Part shown: piece after piece, positions 32,901 to 48,092 of the stretch
Position numbering within the stretch: the first letter of the stretch is position 1
Layout: every line of letters begins with the position of its first letter
Source of the DNA: the human T2T-CHM13v2.0 reference genome, Homo sapiens
DNA: 64,000 nt
NCBI RefSeq assembly: GCF_009914755.1
Contig: NC_060937.1
Strand: one strand, 5' to 3'
Notes under the pieces: model-generated
What the model saw: only the letters and a program-made list of their open reading frames with translations
What the model was told of the DNA's origin: nothing
The model's database searches: none
Translations under genes and position numbers: made by a program

Positions 32901-33409
32901 AAAGCTGCAATTTTTAATTATGAAAATAAAACTTGTTAAATGACATGCATTTAAACTCTGAGGCAATAAGTTATTATTACCCATATAGGTTTACTCATCT
33001 ATATAGAATTGTCATAGTGAGATTATCTTTCCAATATTGATTGTTTCCAATTATGTTGAGCTTTAAAAATAAAGAATTATTTCTATTATAGGGCATGACC
33101 ACCATAGCCTGGTTTCTTTCTCCCAAATCTCAAAAGAAAAAGAAAAGAAAAATTGAATATACATTTCTAAAATGTCTCTTAGAGTCAAATGACAATGACG
33201 AAAGAAAGGAAACTCTCCTTTGAAATTTGAGAATAAAAATTTTATTATCTATCTGAGGCAGTCTATTCTTTTTTGTTTCCAACAAAATAGGTATGCAAAA
33301 ATTAATTAATCAGTATAGTATACTAAGTACACTGTGAAGGATCAATTTAGACACTCATGATAAATTTCATGAGCTCCATTTTTAAGCAGCTTTCAGCCTA
33401 GTAGAGAAG

Positions 33410-33443
33410 TGGTGTGGTGAGGATGGTGGTGGTGGTGGTGGTG
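33410..33443. repeat. (GGT)n microsatellite
   Basis: Directly visible, imperfect at the 5' end. Confidence 0.8.
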
Positions 33444-33669
33444 AGACTTTGTTGCATGCCATCAGATAAATGTTGATACATTTTGCTGCTCATGAAAGAT
33501 CCTTTTGTTTTGTCTTGAAATTGTTGTATAGCTATTAAAGATTCTGTATACTTAAAAGGTTTATAGTAATATAAATAAATAAATTACTTCTTGATTTCTA
33601 CTGTATCAATGAAAACAGCAAAAATACTTATTAGGAAATAATTGTGAGGTGTTCACAAATAAATAAACT

Positions 33670-33900
33670 AGAGCAGCGCAATGATTAGACTTTTTTTAAA
33701 TCAGAATCTCTGAATTAAAAATTCTTTGCATCACTAACCTTCTTTGTAAATCCTGAGCAAGATATTTATCTACAAACTTCAATTTCTCCATCTCTTAAAA
33801 GTGGATAATAATAATGTCTGCCACATTGGTTTAATGATATAATTCGATACACAAGGTCATTAAGCATTCAGTAAATATTGTTGTAATTGTTGATAATGTA
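33670..33900 (+). mobile_element. MIR (degenerate)
   Basis: cctgagcaagatattta..cttcaatttctccatctcttaaaagtggataataataatg..taagcattcagtaaat. Confidence 0.55.
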
Positions 33901-34551
33901 AATAATGTATTATTATTATTGACCTTTTGAGAACTAATTATATTGACTGATCAAGAGACTATGTAGGTGTTAATATTTTATCAGGAAGAATTTCTTATAT
34001 AATTTGTAAGATATTCACCAGCTCTCAAACATTAACAGAGCCACCTGAAAATGTGTGAACTTAAAAAAATGTTTGTTTTAGTTCACAGATAGTATAAACT
34101 GTGGTAGTGGCATGGGTATATCAATACTACAAAATAGTGATGAGTGAGAACATTAGAATATGTTTGTGGCTGTCATCTGTTTAGAAAAGCCTATGGAGAA
34201 AATGTGGGTGAGAAACAAGAAAAATAATAAGTAATATATTCATGACAGGCTTGGTAACAAAATATGCAAAAAGAATTGATGAGATTACGTAGGACACACA
34301 AATAGATTGAACACCATGTGGTAGCAATGCTGTTTATTATGCAAAAAATATGTGTAAGAAACTTTAGAGGGGTGTTTAGCTTAAACCAATTCATATATTC
34401 CTATTTATTTTGATTAGAGGATGTGTTAGTAGGATAAGAAAAAAGTTAGTACCCTTAATGTAAAGAGCATATTATTATTATTTTTTCAAATTTCACAGCA
34501 AATTGAAATCACACTTATACCTGGAAAAGAAACTGCTCTGCAAAGTCTATT

Positions 34552-34891
34552 CAGTCATCTCTCAGTATCTGTGGTAGATTGGTTGTGGTGAGACCCCTTC
34601 CAGACATTGCAATTCACAGACAGTCAAGTCCCTTATATAAAATGGTGTACTTGCGTATAACCTACACACACTGCTGGCCACTTTAAGTCATCTCTAGATT
34701 ACTTACACTACCTAATATGATATAAATGCTACATAAATAGTTGTTGTATTTAATTGTTTAAGGAATAATGATAAGAAAAAAATGTATGTATGTTCTGTAT
34801 GGACACAACTATCCATTTTTTTCCAAACATTTTCTATTTGAGGTTGATTGAATCTATAGATGTAGAACCCAAGGATACGGAGGGCCCATTG
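34552..34891. mobile_element. MER2 (TcMar-Tigger) DNA transposon
   Basis: TIRs CAGTCATCTCTCAGTATC / GATACGGAGGGCCCATTG followed by TA; internal caagtcccttatataaaatgg and tcatctctagattactta. Confidence 0.85.
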
Positions 34892-35843
34892 TATACAATA
34901 GCCAAATTACTGTAGATAAAACGTCTTATAAGGTAAATGCAAATACAGAATGATATAGCACTTATATAAATTTTTTACAGGGAGAAAAGTAACTATATCT
35001 GTGTAAAGTTGTATGTTTACTTTTGAAAACAGTGTTTTGTTCTGATCCTAATATTATAATACTTTCCTGGTAAGCATTAATTAGCTATATCACAAAAGTA
35101 CTGTTTTTTTCTTTAAGCTATCTAGGCATAAATCTTTTACTATCAATTCCACTAAAAGACATTTTTCATTATATCTACCATTTATCCGACACATTAAGGC
35201 CTTTCAAAATATCCCAGATTAAGTGGGGTCTTATTAATACACAGTATGTTGTTTACTCCATGTAGAGAATACGCAGTAGACTATCAAGTGTGAGATGATT
35301 TTTCAATAGAAGAAACCAGCTTTTTTAGTTAATTTTACCAATATAACTGATAATGCATAATGAATTCCTAAGATCAAATCATTCTCAAGTTTTTGTTTTG
35401 TTTTGAATATAAACTAGCTTTTTCAAACTTTCCAATTGTACATTAGGTAATGAATGAAATGACACAATTAACATGAAAATTGTATTAAGAAAGGGTTTCT
35501 TTCATATAAATATATAACACATTGTATAAAATCTCTTCTTTTAGATTATTTAGTTGTATTCTTTCCTCTGACATGCATTCTCTAATTTTTAAACTAATGT
35601 TTTTCTCACTAATTTAGGCAAACTGTCTAGTTTTATTTTGTTTCAAAATTAAAATATACTTAGAAGATTTTCCAATGTAGTTACTTTTCAAGTTATTTGA
35701 TCTTCAACTGTAGAGAGAAATAAGCAACAAGATAAAGTATAGTCACACATAGCTTATTGTTGTTGCAGCAGGAACAATGTTTGTTGGTTTTAAATATCAT
35801 ATGAGATGTTCCAGCTAATGCCATTAGTCAGGAAAATAAAATA

Positions 35844-35844
<1 letters not shown>

Positions 35845-35893
<49 letters not shown>

Positions 35894-35915
35894 GATAGAT
35901 AGATAGACAGACAGA
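35845..35915. repeat. Compound tetranucleotide STR (TAGA)12 TGA (TAGA)3 (CAGA)2
   Basis: Counted directly from the sequence. Confidence 0.95.
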
Positions 35916-37360
35916 GATATAAAGAACTGAAACTGTATTTGCTCACAGATAACATTATTGTTTATGTAGAAAATCCCAAACAATCAACAGCAATAATAAA
36001 AACAAAAAAACTGCAATATGCAATTATGGCAAAGTAATAAGATACAAGGTTAATATATAATAGCCAATTGCTTTCTTATATACCATCAATGAACAGTGGA
36101 ATTTGAAAATTGTATAATACCATTTATATTTCCAAAAAAATTAAATACTTAAATATATATTTAACAAAATGTGTATAAGATCCCCATGAGGAAAACTACA
36201 AAGCACTGATAAAATCTAAATAAATAGAGAGATATTCTGCATATGTGGAAAGTCTCAATATTGTCAACATGTTGGATTCTTCTGGTTTGATCTACAGATT
36301 CAATATAATCCCAGTGAAAATCCTGGCATGCTTTTTGTGGATATGAACAACCTGATTCTAAGTCTGTGTGGAAAGGCAAAAGACACAGAATAACCAAGGA
36401 TATTAAAGGAGCAGAACAAAGGCTGTCCAGGGCTGACACTACTATAGTTCAAGGCTTACTATACACCTATAATAATCAGTGCAGTTGATACTGACAAAGT
36501 AATAGATAAATAGAACAATGGAATAAAATAGAGAACCCAGCAATAGACCAAAACAAATACAGTCTGCTGATCTTTGATGAATAATTGAAGGCAATTTAAT
36601 TAAGAAAGGATAATATTTTCAACTAATGAACCTGCAAAAATTAATAACCTAGACATAGAGCTCATATGTAAATGTAAAATGGAAATATAAAACTCCTAGA
36701 AGATAGTGTATGAGAAAATCTAGGTGACTTTGGGCTTAATAATGACTTTTTAGGTACAACAAAAACAGGATCTATGAAAGAAAAACTGGATAAATAAATT
36801 CATTAATATTAAAAACCATTATTCTTTTTAAAAAATGAAATTACAAATAACAGACAGGGAGAAAGTCATATGAAGGATCTGTGTCCAAAATATAGAAAGA
36901 ACATTTAAAAATCAACAATAAGAAAATGAACAGCCCAATTTAAAAGGGGGCAATAAATCTGAATAGACACCTCACCAGAAAAGATATACAGATGGCAATC
37001 AAGCATTCAAATTATGGTCCACATGATATGTCACTAGAGAATTAAAAATTAAATATAATAATGCAATATCACTACACATTTATTAGAATGGCTACAATTC
37101 AAAACATTGACGGCAGCACATGCTGGTACAGGAATCCTCATTCACTGATGTTGGGAATGCAAAATGGTACATTCACTTTGGAAGATGGTTTAATATTTTC
37201 TTACAAATCTAAACATACTCTCACTATATGTTCCAGCAATTACACTCCTTGGTATTGTTTCAAATGATTTAGAAACTTACATCCACACACAAAAAAATGT
37301 TATGTAATGTTTACATAAAATTTATTTCTGATTTCCATACTGGGAGGCAGCCAAGATATT

Positions 37361-37598
37361 TGTGATGAGTCACTTTTTCTGTGTCAAATTGACTGGATCA
37401 TGGAGTCATGGATTCCACAGATATTTAGTCAAACATTATTTGGGTGTGTCTGTGAGGGTGTTTTTGGATGAGATTTACATTTAAATGGTAGGCTGATCCC
37501 ATTCTTTCTAGTAAATAAAGAAACCAACAGACAGGCAGACAGGCCGATAAACACATACATTCTATTGATTGTTTCTCTGGAGAACACTGAGTAATACA
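37361..37598 (+). mobile_element. MLT2 (ERVL) solo LTR, internally deleted, nested in L1MC
   Basis: TGTGATG..tgtgtcaaattgactgg..gggtgtgtctgtgagggtgtttttggatgagatt..tgtttctctggagaacactgagtaataca; L1 sequence resumes on both sides. Confidence 0.85.
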
Positions 37599-38825
37599 GT
37601 GTCCTTCAATAGATGAATGAATACCTAAACTGTGGTACATCTCTACTGTGGGTTATTACGCACTAATAAAAAGAAATAAGATACTAGCCATGAAAAGACA
37701 AGGAGCACCATAAATGGGTACTGCAAAGTGAAAGAAGCCAATCTGGGAATATTTAATACTACATACTATATGATTCCGACCAAATGACTTTACAGAAAAG
37801 ATAAAACTATAGGGACAGTAAAATGTCCAGTGGTTGACAGAGATTCAGTAAGAGGGAGCAAGAGGTAAATTGGTGAAATACGAAAGAATATTAGTGTAGT
37901 GTAACTATTCTGTATAATACAATAGTGGTGGATAAATGATATTGTATACATTTGTCAGAACCTATAGAATGTGCAATTCAATATTGAACCCTAATAATGG
38001 GGAAAACTGGAGGGATATAACAGGGTAAATAGGAATTATCTGTACTACCATTCATTATCCTGTAAAACTAATACTGCTATAAATAATAAAGTTTATCAAT
38101 GTTTAAAAAAATCTCAATAATTTTTTAAAAATAAAATAAAGCAGGCAGCATGTATATTTAGTTTTCTCCATAAGATACATATTTTATAAAAAAATAAAAA
38201 ATAATGACATCTTTAAAGTAGCATACTTTAACATAGAAAACAAGAAAATAATTATTCTAGCTAAGATAAGTGAAATGCATCTTTTTTATTACTATAATTT
38301 TCAATTAAATATGTTCATACATTTCCTTTTTATTACAGAAGTTAGCACTAAAAAGCCACACGGTAATTACTAAGTAAGGAACAGTTAAAATAATTCTATT
38401 TAGTGTGGTAAGAGTTAATGGAGAAAAGAAAACATTTATGCTAATAACGGTTTTAAGTCTGATTCACCGTGATATGCTACTCAGAAGAAATAATATTGCT
38501 TTCAACAAAAAAAGAATTATCAATAAAAAACAGTAACTAAATTTTAGAATTATAATCGTAGCTGTAGCAAAATACCTATTGGAATATTGAACTTACTTTT
38601 CTTTTCTCATTTCTCTCTTCCATATTCTTTCTCAAGACTAAAAATCAAACCCACTGAACCAACAAACCACTATCAACTGTTGTTTCTTATATTATTTATA
38701 GGAGAATAAATCAAAAGCCCTTGACTATAGCCGACTTCTCTGAGACACTGGAAATGACAATAAGGGATCACCATGTGCATATTTCCTCAAGCCAATATTT
38801 AACAGAATTTCTAAAATTACCTCCC

Positions 38826-39149
<324 letters not shown>

Positions 39150-39509
39150 TCAAGAGGCAATACTGAAAGGGACTTCACTGACTCCATAGCATGGTTCAAT
39201 ACATACTTAGCATGTATTTAATAATTTTTGAATAAAAAATCGATAATAAAGTGAGATGAGTCGTTGACCACCAGGCTATTCAAATGCTATTATTCTGTAA
39301 ACTAAAATATTATCTTCAAAACATGTTGGGAACAAGTATTGAAGAATATTTAGGACAGATGCCATTGGGGAAGTGTCTAGACAAAAATAATGACAGTAGT
39401 TTTTTAGTTTCTCTAGTTAATTTTTTTCTTTTTTGCTGAAACAATTAATGAGTAGATTATTACCCACTACTTTTTATCTTATAGAAGGAACATACCCCAT
39501 ATTGCCCAT

Positions 39510-39890
39510 AATAGTGTATTTGATTATGTTGCAAGCATGATGCTGAATACTGGAGATATGTATACCAATAAATACCAATAAAAAAGTTATCTGCAAAGAA
39601 CTAAAGTGCAAGGTAGACACATACAGTGAGTTGTGAGCTAGCAGAAGCAATATGGCATATTGTTTACAAGGATTGGGTATCACACCAAACTGCCTGAATT
39701 GGAATCCTGGCTCTGCCACTCACTAGTCTGTGTACCTGGGTATGTTTTTAACTTTTCTAGGCCTCAGTTTCCTGATCCCAATAATGGGGATAATTATTAT
39801 CAACTTCACAAATTGTGAGATAATGGATTAAGATTGTTCATATAAGTTCTAAGAACAGCTTATGGAACCTTATAAATGTTTACATTTTAT
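39510..39890. mobile_element. L2 fragment (minus, about 39510-39630) followed by MIR (plus, about 39640-39890)
   Basis: MIR core gaatcctggctctgccactcactagtctgtg..gcctcagtttcctgatc..atggggataat; the L2 call is weaker. Confidence 0.7.
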
Positions 39891-40611
39891 GACACTTTAG
39901 CCTGAATATAACTGCAAATCCATTAAAACTAAGAAAAATACAGAAATATTAATAAGATGAGCTTCAGGATTGATTGAAGCAATGATTCGAAGATGAATAA
40001 TTTTTTTTCCTTTTTTCTCTGCCAAAGTGATATTGTCCTACACATCCCCAAACTGGCAAATGGAAGAAGAATGGTGAGCCATAATCACCTGGAATGCAGA
40101 ATTGCATCACTGATACACATGGCACAGAATATAAATGATAAAGTAATAATAATTATAGCCACAATGTACATTATAGGAGATCAGTAAAGAATGCTAAAAG
40201 TATATAATATCAAGAAGGAGAGGTTATCACACTGGTAATTGGGGAGTGAATTAGAAAATATTTCTCAGAATATGAACTTAGATTGGAAAAAAGGTTTGGG
40301 GAACTCAAGTCGGATAAGGACAAGATATTATAGACAGATGTCTTAGAACTTTTCTGTCTCTAGTCATATGGGACCTAATCACATTTCCAAACTAATTTTA
40401 GGAAAGTCTAAGGGAAGTCTTTAACCATCTTAGGGACAAGGTACAAATAAGTCGTGATTATTTATTCTCTTCTAGCTTCCTTGCTGCTCTAATTTTTCTT
40501 CTACTTTTTATTATATAAAGTTAAAAAAGAAAAGAAAATCCACAAATCATCAAGGTGATGGTGAGACAAAAATATTGTACTGGATCTTTAAAATTGAATT
40601 AAAGTGTTCTT

Positions 40612-40917
40612 TAATTTATTATTATTATTATTATTTTGAGACAGGGTCTCACTCTGTCACCCAGGCTGGAGTATGGTGGCAGGATAATGAGCTTACTGCA
40701 TGCTCAACTTCCCCAGCTCAAGTGACCCTCTCACCTCAGCCCCCGAAGTAGCTGTGACCACAGGCATGCACTACCATACCCAGCTAACTTTTAAAATTTT
40801 GTAGAGTTGAGGTCTCACTGTGTTGCCCACTCTGGTCTCAAATTCTGGGCTCAAGCGATCCTCCCACCTCGGCTTCCCACAGTGCTGAGATTACAGGTGT
40901 GAGCCATCATGTCTGGC
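40612..40917 (-). mobile_element. AluJ with (TTA)n tail
   Basis: J diagnostics gagacagggtctcac, gctcaagtga, tgggctcaagcgatcctccc; highly diverged. Confidence 0.9.
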
Positions 40918-43900
40918 AAATGAAAGTATTAAGTTGATTTATTTTAACTTATAGTAAGGTAATTTTAGTCATCTTTAAGCACAAATTCAAGTCTCTACAA
41001 GTAATAACATCTATAGCAAAATACTGTAGCACCGTTTTGTAACCAAATGATTTATTTTGTTGATCCTTGGTTGGAATTTAGAAGTTGAATAATGTTGATT
41101 TTTTCTGGGTCAGTTTCCTAATGCATATATATCTATAATAAAACTTTTTCTAACTGCCTTATAGGTTAAAATACTAATCAAATCAATCAAATACTATGAA
41201 AATGATTTCATTTTGTCAATAGAATAATAATTATGATTCAAACTAATTCAATTAATATAATTCCAAAAGTTAAAGACAATTATAAATGCATATTTTGTTT
41301 CAACATAGAAAAATAGTAACTCAGAAATTCTAGAGAAAATAAGAAGAATAAAATGTTGATCTGCTGTCACAGATGAGTACAGATATCTGTTCCTACAGGT
41401 AGGGCCATCTGTGTGTACTGCAGGTTTATTGCTCTGTGACAACTTCCTGCTGAATGTTAACACAGCTAAATCTAGAGCAAATTGTATGAGTATGGCTTCA
41501 TTTTCAAGTATGTTAGTTGTTTATTTTGTTGTCAAGAAATGTTTTTATTTGTTATTGTTAAGTTTCATGGCCCCAGTAATTTTATCGCACATTTAAGAAA
41601 AAAATCATTAACTACTCTTCTATATATTTGATTGCTTTGACAATCTACTCAAACTTAGAAATCATGTTATATTTTCTGAGTTATGTATTCTAACTTATCC
41701 CTAACCAAAAATTTTCAAATAAGAATCTATTCATGAACAAAATTTGTCAAGTATAATAGTGTATCTTTTAATCTGTATAATGCAAAAGTTCCAGTTCTTT
41801 ATTGTTCTTTTTATCTAATAAATAAGTAATTGTAACAGTAACCTCAAAGTATATGTACATATGTGTGTGCTTTCTATCATATTGTTTCATAAAAATGGTT
41901 AAACATTGTAAAATGTTAAATGTGGTAAAATGGTAAATGTGAATTAACAGAGTTGTGAATCCACCTCTTCTCCCTTTCTCTCCGTGGTTCCCCGAAATGC
42001 ACCACTTCTTTTCCTGGCTATGCCTAGCTTCCACCTCAAGGACCTTTTCAAGTACATACTGGCACAAAGTCAAAAGTTTTAAGGTTGGGAGACATAGCAA
42101 GGTGCTTACTCATTTCCACTAAAAACAGATCTCCCTTTCCTTAAAATTGCACTGCTACCCACTGTCCTTCTGCACAAAAACAGAGCCTCATACAAATAGT
42201 AAAATCATGGTTGATATCCCCAGAACTCACCCAATTTGGCATTTTTTCCTAATCTAAGATGATGTTGCTGACATGATCTCTCACAACACTCCACCATTCT
42301 TCCTTGGCATATAAAACTGTACTTTAAAAATATTTCTTACACTTACTCATATATAATTTATATATTCAGTTGGGATTTTTCTCTGGCACTATGTACCTTT
42401 GCAAACTTCCTCTGGCTTCAAATACTTCATATAGGTCTTATATATATATATATGACAGAGTAGACCTCCATCACAACCAATTTCTTGAAGTTCAGCATTT
42501 TATTTCACATTAATTTCCCCTTGGAGTGTTGTCCTTTAGGGTTCAGTTGCAAAGAACATAATCCATTCTATCTAGTTTAGGTAGAGTGAGGTTTCCTCCT
42601 AATTGGGAAGATAAAGATTTCTTCATTCCTGGATACCTATCAACTTATTAATCTTTATAATTCTATTTTAAATGTTTTTCATAGACTTTTACTTACATCA
42701 TTTATCCTAATTCTGATCCTTAAAATTTACTCTCAGCCTCTTAAATATGTGTCAAATTCAACAGAAATTTAACTTAACTCTTAAGAATTCTACATATTTT
42801 AAAATTTATATTTGACTGTTATTTTTTCTGCTGACAACATGTGCACCAAAAAAGAAGAAAAATAAACAATGAAAATACACTTTTATACCCATGGCCATAA
42901 ATAGTCATCTCCTAAATTTGGTAAGTTTATTAGTTAGCTTCTTTTAGTTGCAAAGAACACAAACATATGTGAATTACTTCAATTAGTGGAGGTTCATTTG
43001 TAGGATTAGAAGTAAATAATCCATTAAATAGTCCGACAGCTAGCTTCAAGGCAAACATTCTTAGGAACTCAGAACGGCACACAAAATACCTTAGATTTCT
43101 ATCACAATTTATTTAAAAATTAAAATGTCTGTTTCTTTTCTTTACATCTGCCCTAAATCCCACTTCTTCCCCATTTCAGTAAATGGCATTGTTTCCTATA
43201 AACTTAGGCCAGGATCATGGGAGCTGTTCCTGAAATCTTTCTTTCCCCAGCCCCTCACACCTCATAACACTCCTGGCTTGCTCCTGCCAATTCTCTCTAC
43301 AAACTTAATCACAAGTCCATCAGCAGGTACTGTCCAATCTTTGTTTTATTGAACAATCTATTATATAATGAATAAAAGACAGAAGATCCAACTGAAAGGA
43401 GAAATAACATTTCAAGAGTTTTACAAAATAGAACCCTTCTTGGATAAGACCTTTAAATAATGATTATAAAATGATAAAATGTATTAACAAAGCATTCAAT
43501 AACAACCAAAGTATCAGAGACTATTTAAAACTCATACTTGAAAAAGAGCCCAAGAGAACTAATAGAAAGGCAAACATTGTTTTGGAATTAAAAAATGCTA
43601 TGAATTGTTTCAACATGAAATTAGGCAGAGCTGAATAATCATTTAAAAGAGCAGTCATAGGAAATAAGCTAGAGTGCATGCAACCCAGAAAAGTGAAGAG
43701 GTGGAATAATATGTTTTCCTCAAAGTGTCCATCTCTGTCTCAGCTCATTTGTTAAATCTCTCAATCCCTTAGTTATGTATTTGATTCTGACTGACCTGAG
43801 ACACCCTGGTTTTCAATTTTGCTGAGGATGTCACACTTGGCCTGGCATTCTCTAATGCTATAATGTAGGCAACAGAAGAGAAAACATTCAGAAGCATATG

Positions 43901-45289
43901 TGCCTTCATAACATCTTCACTAACACCAAATAAGAATTACTATATTCTGCCTACATGAAGACGAAACCAAATTGATCATATTGATCCATGTTTTTCTGAA
44001 ATACTAATAGCTTTAATTATAAAATTCTAGGCTTCTTTAAGTTTTTCTGTTGATTTAAGATGGAAACCATTATTTTAATTATTTATTTAAAGGTTCAAAA
44101 TATCTGAACATAAAACTCAAGACATTTCAAGCCAAAATTCTGAAAATTATGTGTTAGTATTTTCTTTAATTTTATAATGATTGTATAAATATTCTCATAT
44201 TAGTTTGGTATCTTATGTCTTCAAAACCTCCAGAAACCTTTAAATTATATAATAAGCATTTTTTTTTCAGATTGGTATACGTTTAGCTAACCATTTATTA
44301 AAAACAGAAAATTATTGTTAATATTACATTTCTTTCTTCATAGGCCCTGGAAAATGGTAGAGGTGACATTTATTTAGAAGTTATTTTACATATTAGCATA
44401 ACATGTCGATCTAAACATCAAAGGAATTACTAGAAAAATGCATACTTATAATTTAGGCAAGATGTTCTAATTTTCTAATAATTTCACTTAATTTTGTTTC
44501 AAAAAAACACACGCACAAGCAGAACTAAGGAGCAGGAATTATTTTCTTAGCTTCTTTCTTCTTAGACCTGCCAAAATATGTTAGTCTTGCCTTAGAATTG
44601 CCAATTCTGTGTCTAACTTAAAAAAGGTTTATAATTTTCATTATCAAGAATATGCAGAGTCCAAAAATACTATTCTTATTTTTGTTCTAGATTAGATTTA
44701 CAAACCGTTGCCAACTGGAGATACTCCTAATAAAAATCCATGTTTCTCTGCTACTTTGCTTCATTTTTATAATGAACTTTGGCTTTGTTTTTCTGATTAT
44801 CTCTCTCTTTGTACAGCTTGGAAAATTGCCTTAAACCCCTTTCCATTTGGTTAGGGCCTTGACATGAGAATTTATTTAGTCTGTTTTTTCTCTGAGAACT
44901 TATTTGCCAATGTTTTCCTTCCTCCTTCTTATACAGACAGCTTACTGGGTCTCAACTGCAGTTGTTTCCTGGAACCACATCAATACCACCCAACTTGGTG
45001 TACATTCCCAAAACTTAAACACATTTCCGATTCTGACTCCTTCAACTAGATCTCTTAAAATAGTTTTCCACTTGGATATTAAAAGCTTAATTTGCCACAA
45101 AAATAAATGTTGAAAACAATATACCAGACTACTGATACTTTCATGGGACCAACTGTATTAAAAAATTCATTTCTTTTTTTAGTCTTGGAAATTCCTATGT
45201 GGTATCTATACCAGTTTTCAATGAACTTCTTCATTGAAAAACCTCAATAAAGGTTTTCAAAAACTGTGAAAGAGAACCAGAGTGTTGAA

Positions 45290-47500
45290 AAAGGAAAAAA
45301 AGTAGAAAGAGGTGGAAATGCTAGAATGGATTCATACAAGACCAGGTGACCTTAAATCGCCTGGTTATGTTCTTAGAGTTTCCTAAGAACAGGACTAAGT
45401 TAGTAGGGAATCCACTGATAAGGGGGACTCCAACATTTCTTAGAATTTCAATGGTAATCATTCTCTGCATGGTGGAGTTTTCAGTGGGAGGATAATGCCA
45501 TGGACCACCTAATAATCAATAGACATGGTGGGACTATGGCATGGCCAAAACCAGATGGCAAAACTTACCCTTCAGAATCAACGAGGAAAGCATTACTATT
45601 AATGGGCAACAATTCCTGAGAGGCCATCAAGATAACTTGATCCACAAGGCTTTGTGATAATGACTAAATAGATCATGGTTTTCCTAGAAAAGAGATGTAT
45701 AGTCAATTATGGTGTGACTTGATTTGTATCAATAAAAGCTCAAGAACTGGGGAGCATACATTTTTTAAGAGGGCAGACTTCATGTCAGATATCCTTACCA
45801 TACACACCCCCGCCCCCACACACAAAAGACACAAGAAAACTTTGGGAGAGAATGGACATGTTGATTATCTGGATTGTGGTGGTGGTAACACAAGTGTACA
45901 GATATGTCCAAACCCACCAAATTGTGGGTTTGGACATATCTGTACACTTATATTAATTATATACAGTTTTTTGCATACCAATTGTACCTTTCATTAAAGC
46001 CGGGAAACATGGAAAAAAGGGAAAAGTATGGTTCTTCCCTCAGTTTCTAGTTCACAAATCCATAGGTCATTTCCACAGGTAGAGATCAGGTCCCCTAGAG
46101 GAAGAGCCCTGTAATGCCAAAGGACATGCATGGATTTACCAGCATAATTTTAAAAAATGTCAAGACTTTGTAAGAAATGTTTGATAAGTTGTCTTTTCTG
46201 ACACTGACACCACACAACAAAAAATGCCATCATGGTTTTCCAGATAGAGTTGGAGTTACTAAGGCCATATGCTAAAAATTTTACTTTTTTTTTTTTTTTT
46301 AGAGTTGAAGAGAAGGGGCCACCAACACAACCGTGGTTATTTCTTCTGAGTCAAAATTTAATAACTTGGGATTGATATATTAATAAATTCTCAAACCTTT
46401 GGTCACTAATTTATAGGTTACAGCATATTAGGGTCAGAAAGACCACATAAAAACATAGACACTTCTCCCCACTTTGCCAACATAGTAATTTAGAAGCAAT
46501 AACACATTGCATGATGATGTACAGTGATTAGTGATGCTAATAAAGACTTGGAGGTTGCCAGTGTAGCTGTCCTCTCCATACCTCATATTCAATTGTCTGT
46601 CTGCCCTCTGCAGATAACAAATGGGTGGTGGTGGACAACTCTGAACTTAACCAAAGGGCAGCCCCAATTGCAACTGCTACTGCAGATATGGTATCTTTTA
46701 CTGAGGACAGAACAACATGGTATTGAGTGGTGAATTATTACATCTTGATATTCCATCAGTAGAGAGAATCGAAAGCAATTAAATGTTACCTGACAAAGGC
46801 AGTAGTACACACTAATAGTCTTGCCTGAGAGCTATGTTAATTTTCTTATTCTCTTTACAATTTATTCTGCAGGGACTTTGGTAATGTTGACATTTCATTA
46901 GACATTCCACTGGCGCAATGTACTAATTACATCATGCTAATTGGATCCAGTGAGTATGGAGTATCAAATATCCTAAACAATATAGAAAGAAAATGTGTGC
47001 CAGAGGTGGACAGATAAAATTAGCAGAGATTAAATGGTTATTCGAAATCTTGAAATCTTTAAAATTCAAATAGTCTGTAATATGGTGGGATATGCTTTCT
47101 ATGATAAAGGATGAGTTTTTGCACCTTTCACATCCTATATTCATGAAAGAGGATCAGTGTTTGGTGAAGGTCTTTGGATTTTACAGACATTGTATATCAC
47201 ATTTAGGAGTGTAGCTAAGCCCCATTTACTGGGTGCCTCTGAAGGTGTTTGCTTTGAGACAGACTCAGAAGCTCTGTAGTCACTCAAAGATGTGTGAAAA
47301 AGCACTTAGTCCACATTACTCAGCATATTTGATGGTGCTTTAAGTATGTATAGTGTATAAAGATGGTACAAAGAGTCACTGGAAAGGCCTGATTGGAGAG
47401 ACGCAGCTTGGAATTCTACAATTCTAGAACATTTTAGAGCCAAGAATTTTTCTCTCTGACACACGTCTCCTCATGTTTTCATAAACTTGCCCTAGTGAAG
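45290..47500 (+). pseudogene. Ancient ERVL-class internal region (gag-pol relic)
   Basis: Frame at 46524 reads ISDANKDLEVASV..CPLQITNGWW, resembling ERVL RT ISATIKDLKDAGV..WPVQKTDGSW; DIPLAQCTNYIMLIG near 46901-46945 aligns to DITLVHYIDDIMLIG (catalytic motif destroyed); many stops and frameshifts. Confidence 0.7.
45760..46020 (+). mobile_element. L1MA10/L1MB-like 3' end nested in the ERVL relic
   Basis: aagaaaactttgggag..ggacatgttgattatctggattgtggtggtggt..tgtccaaacccaccaaattgt..caattgtacct..taaagc. Confidence 0.65.
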
Positions 47501-47699
47501 ACAAGTGATTGAAAAGTGAACTGCATAGCGTATCTATCCGTTTGTAAAATTGTGCATCGTCAGCTACAAATTGTGTGATAGAAACTGTGCGCTAGAGTCC
47601 AGCTTTAAACGGATTCAGAATTATATCTAAAACTAAGACAATTCACTTGGGTATTTCTTCCTATTTCTGTTCTCAGGTATTAAAAGAACGAAACAAACA

Positions 47700-48092
47700 A
47701 AAAATAATTTTAGCAACTATTTTCAGCAACTAAAGCCTCAGATTATATAGAGATAGAGTCCTGGGAATATTCCATTCTCTGGCTGGACAGTACTGGGGGG
47801 GGGTAGATTTGACAATGAGAGACCAAAAAATGCGAGGTGCAAACAAATACATTGTTTACCCTTCCTCACCCATATGGACCATACCAAGATCCATTTGTTT
47901 TAAATGGTCTTTGAGGATATATCCAGCATGGCCAAGCAGTCCTGTATGTGTGTTGCAGAACTATGACCAAGTTTACTGAAACACTTTTCATTTTGTCTTA
48001 TTCTTGTCTTTCTGAGACCACCACATCTTAATAAAATATTAGCACATAAGTTTTGACCTCGGCTCTGTTATTAAGAAAACTAGGTTAAGAGG
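47700..48092 (+). mobile_element. Old ERVL-class LTR (LTR33/LTR16-like)
   Basis: Ends ttaataaaatattagcacataag..ctcggctctgtt..taggttaaga; could be the 3'LTR of the upstream relic. Confidence 0.45.

Larger units (their letters stand above)
35790..38140 (+). mobile_element. L1MC-type LINE-1 (ORF2 3' half + 3'UTR), degenerate
   Basis: RT-domain relic (ctgtatttgctcacagataacattattgtttatgtagaaaatcc, LFADDMIVY.ENP-like), tgatctacagattcaat, and an L1MC-type 3'UTR (catttgtcagaacctatagaatgt..gaaccctaat). Confidence 0.85.
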
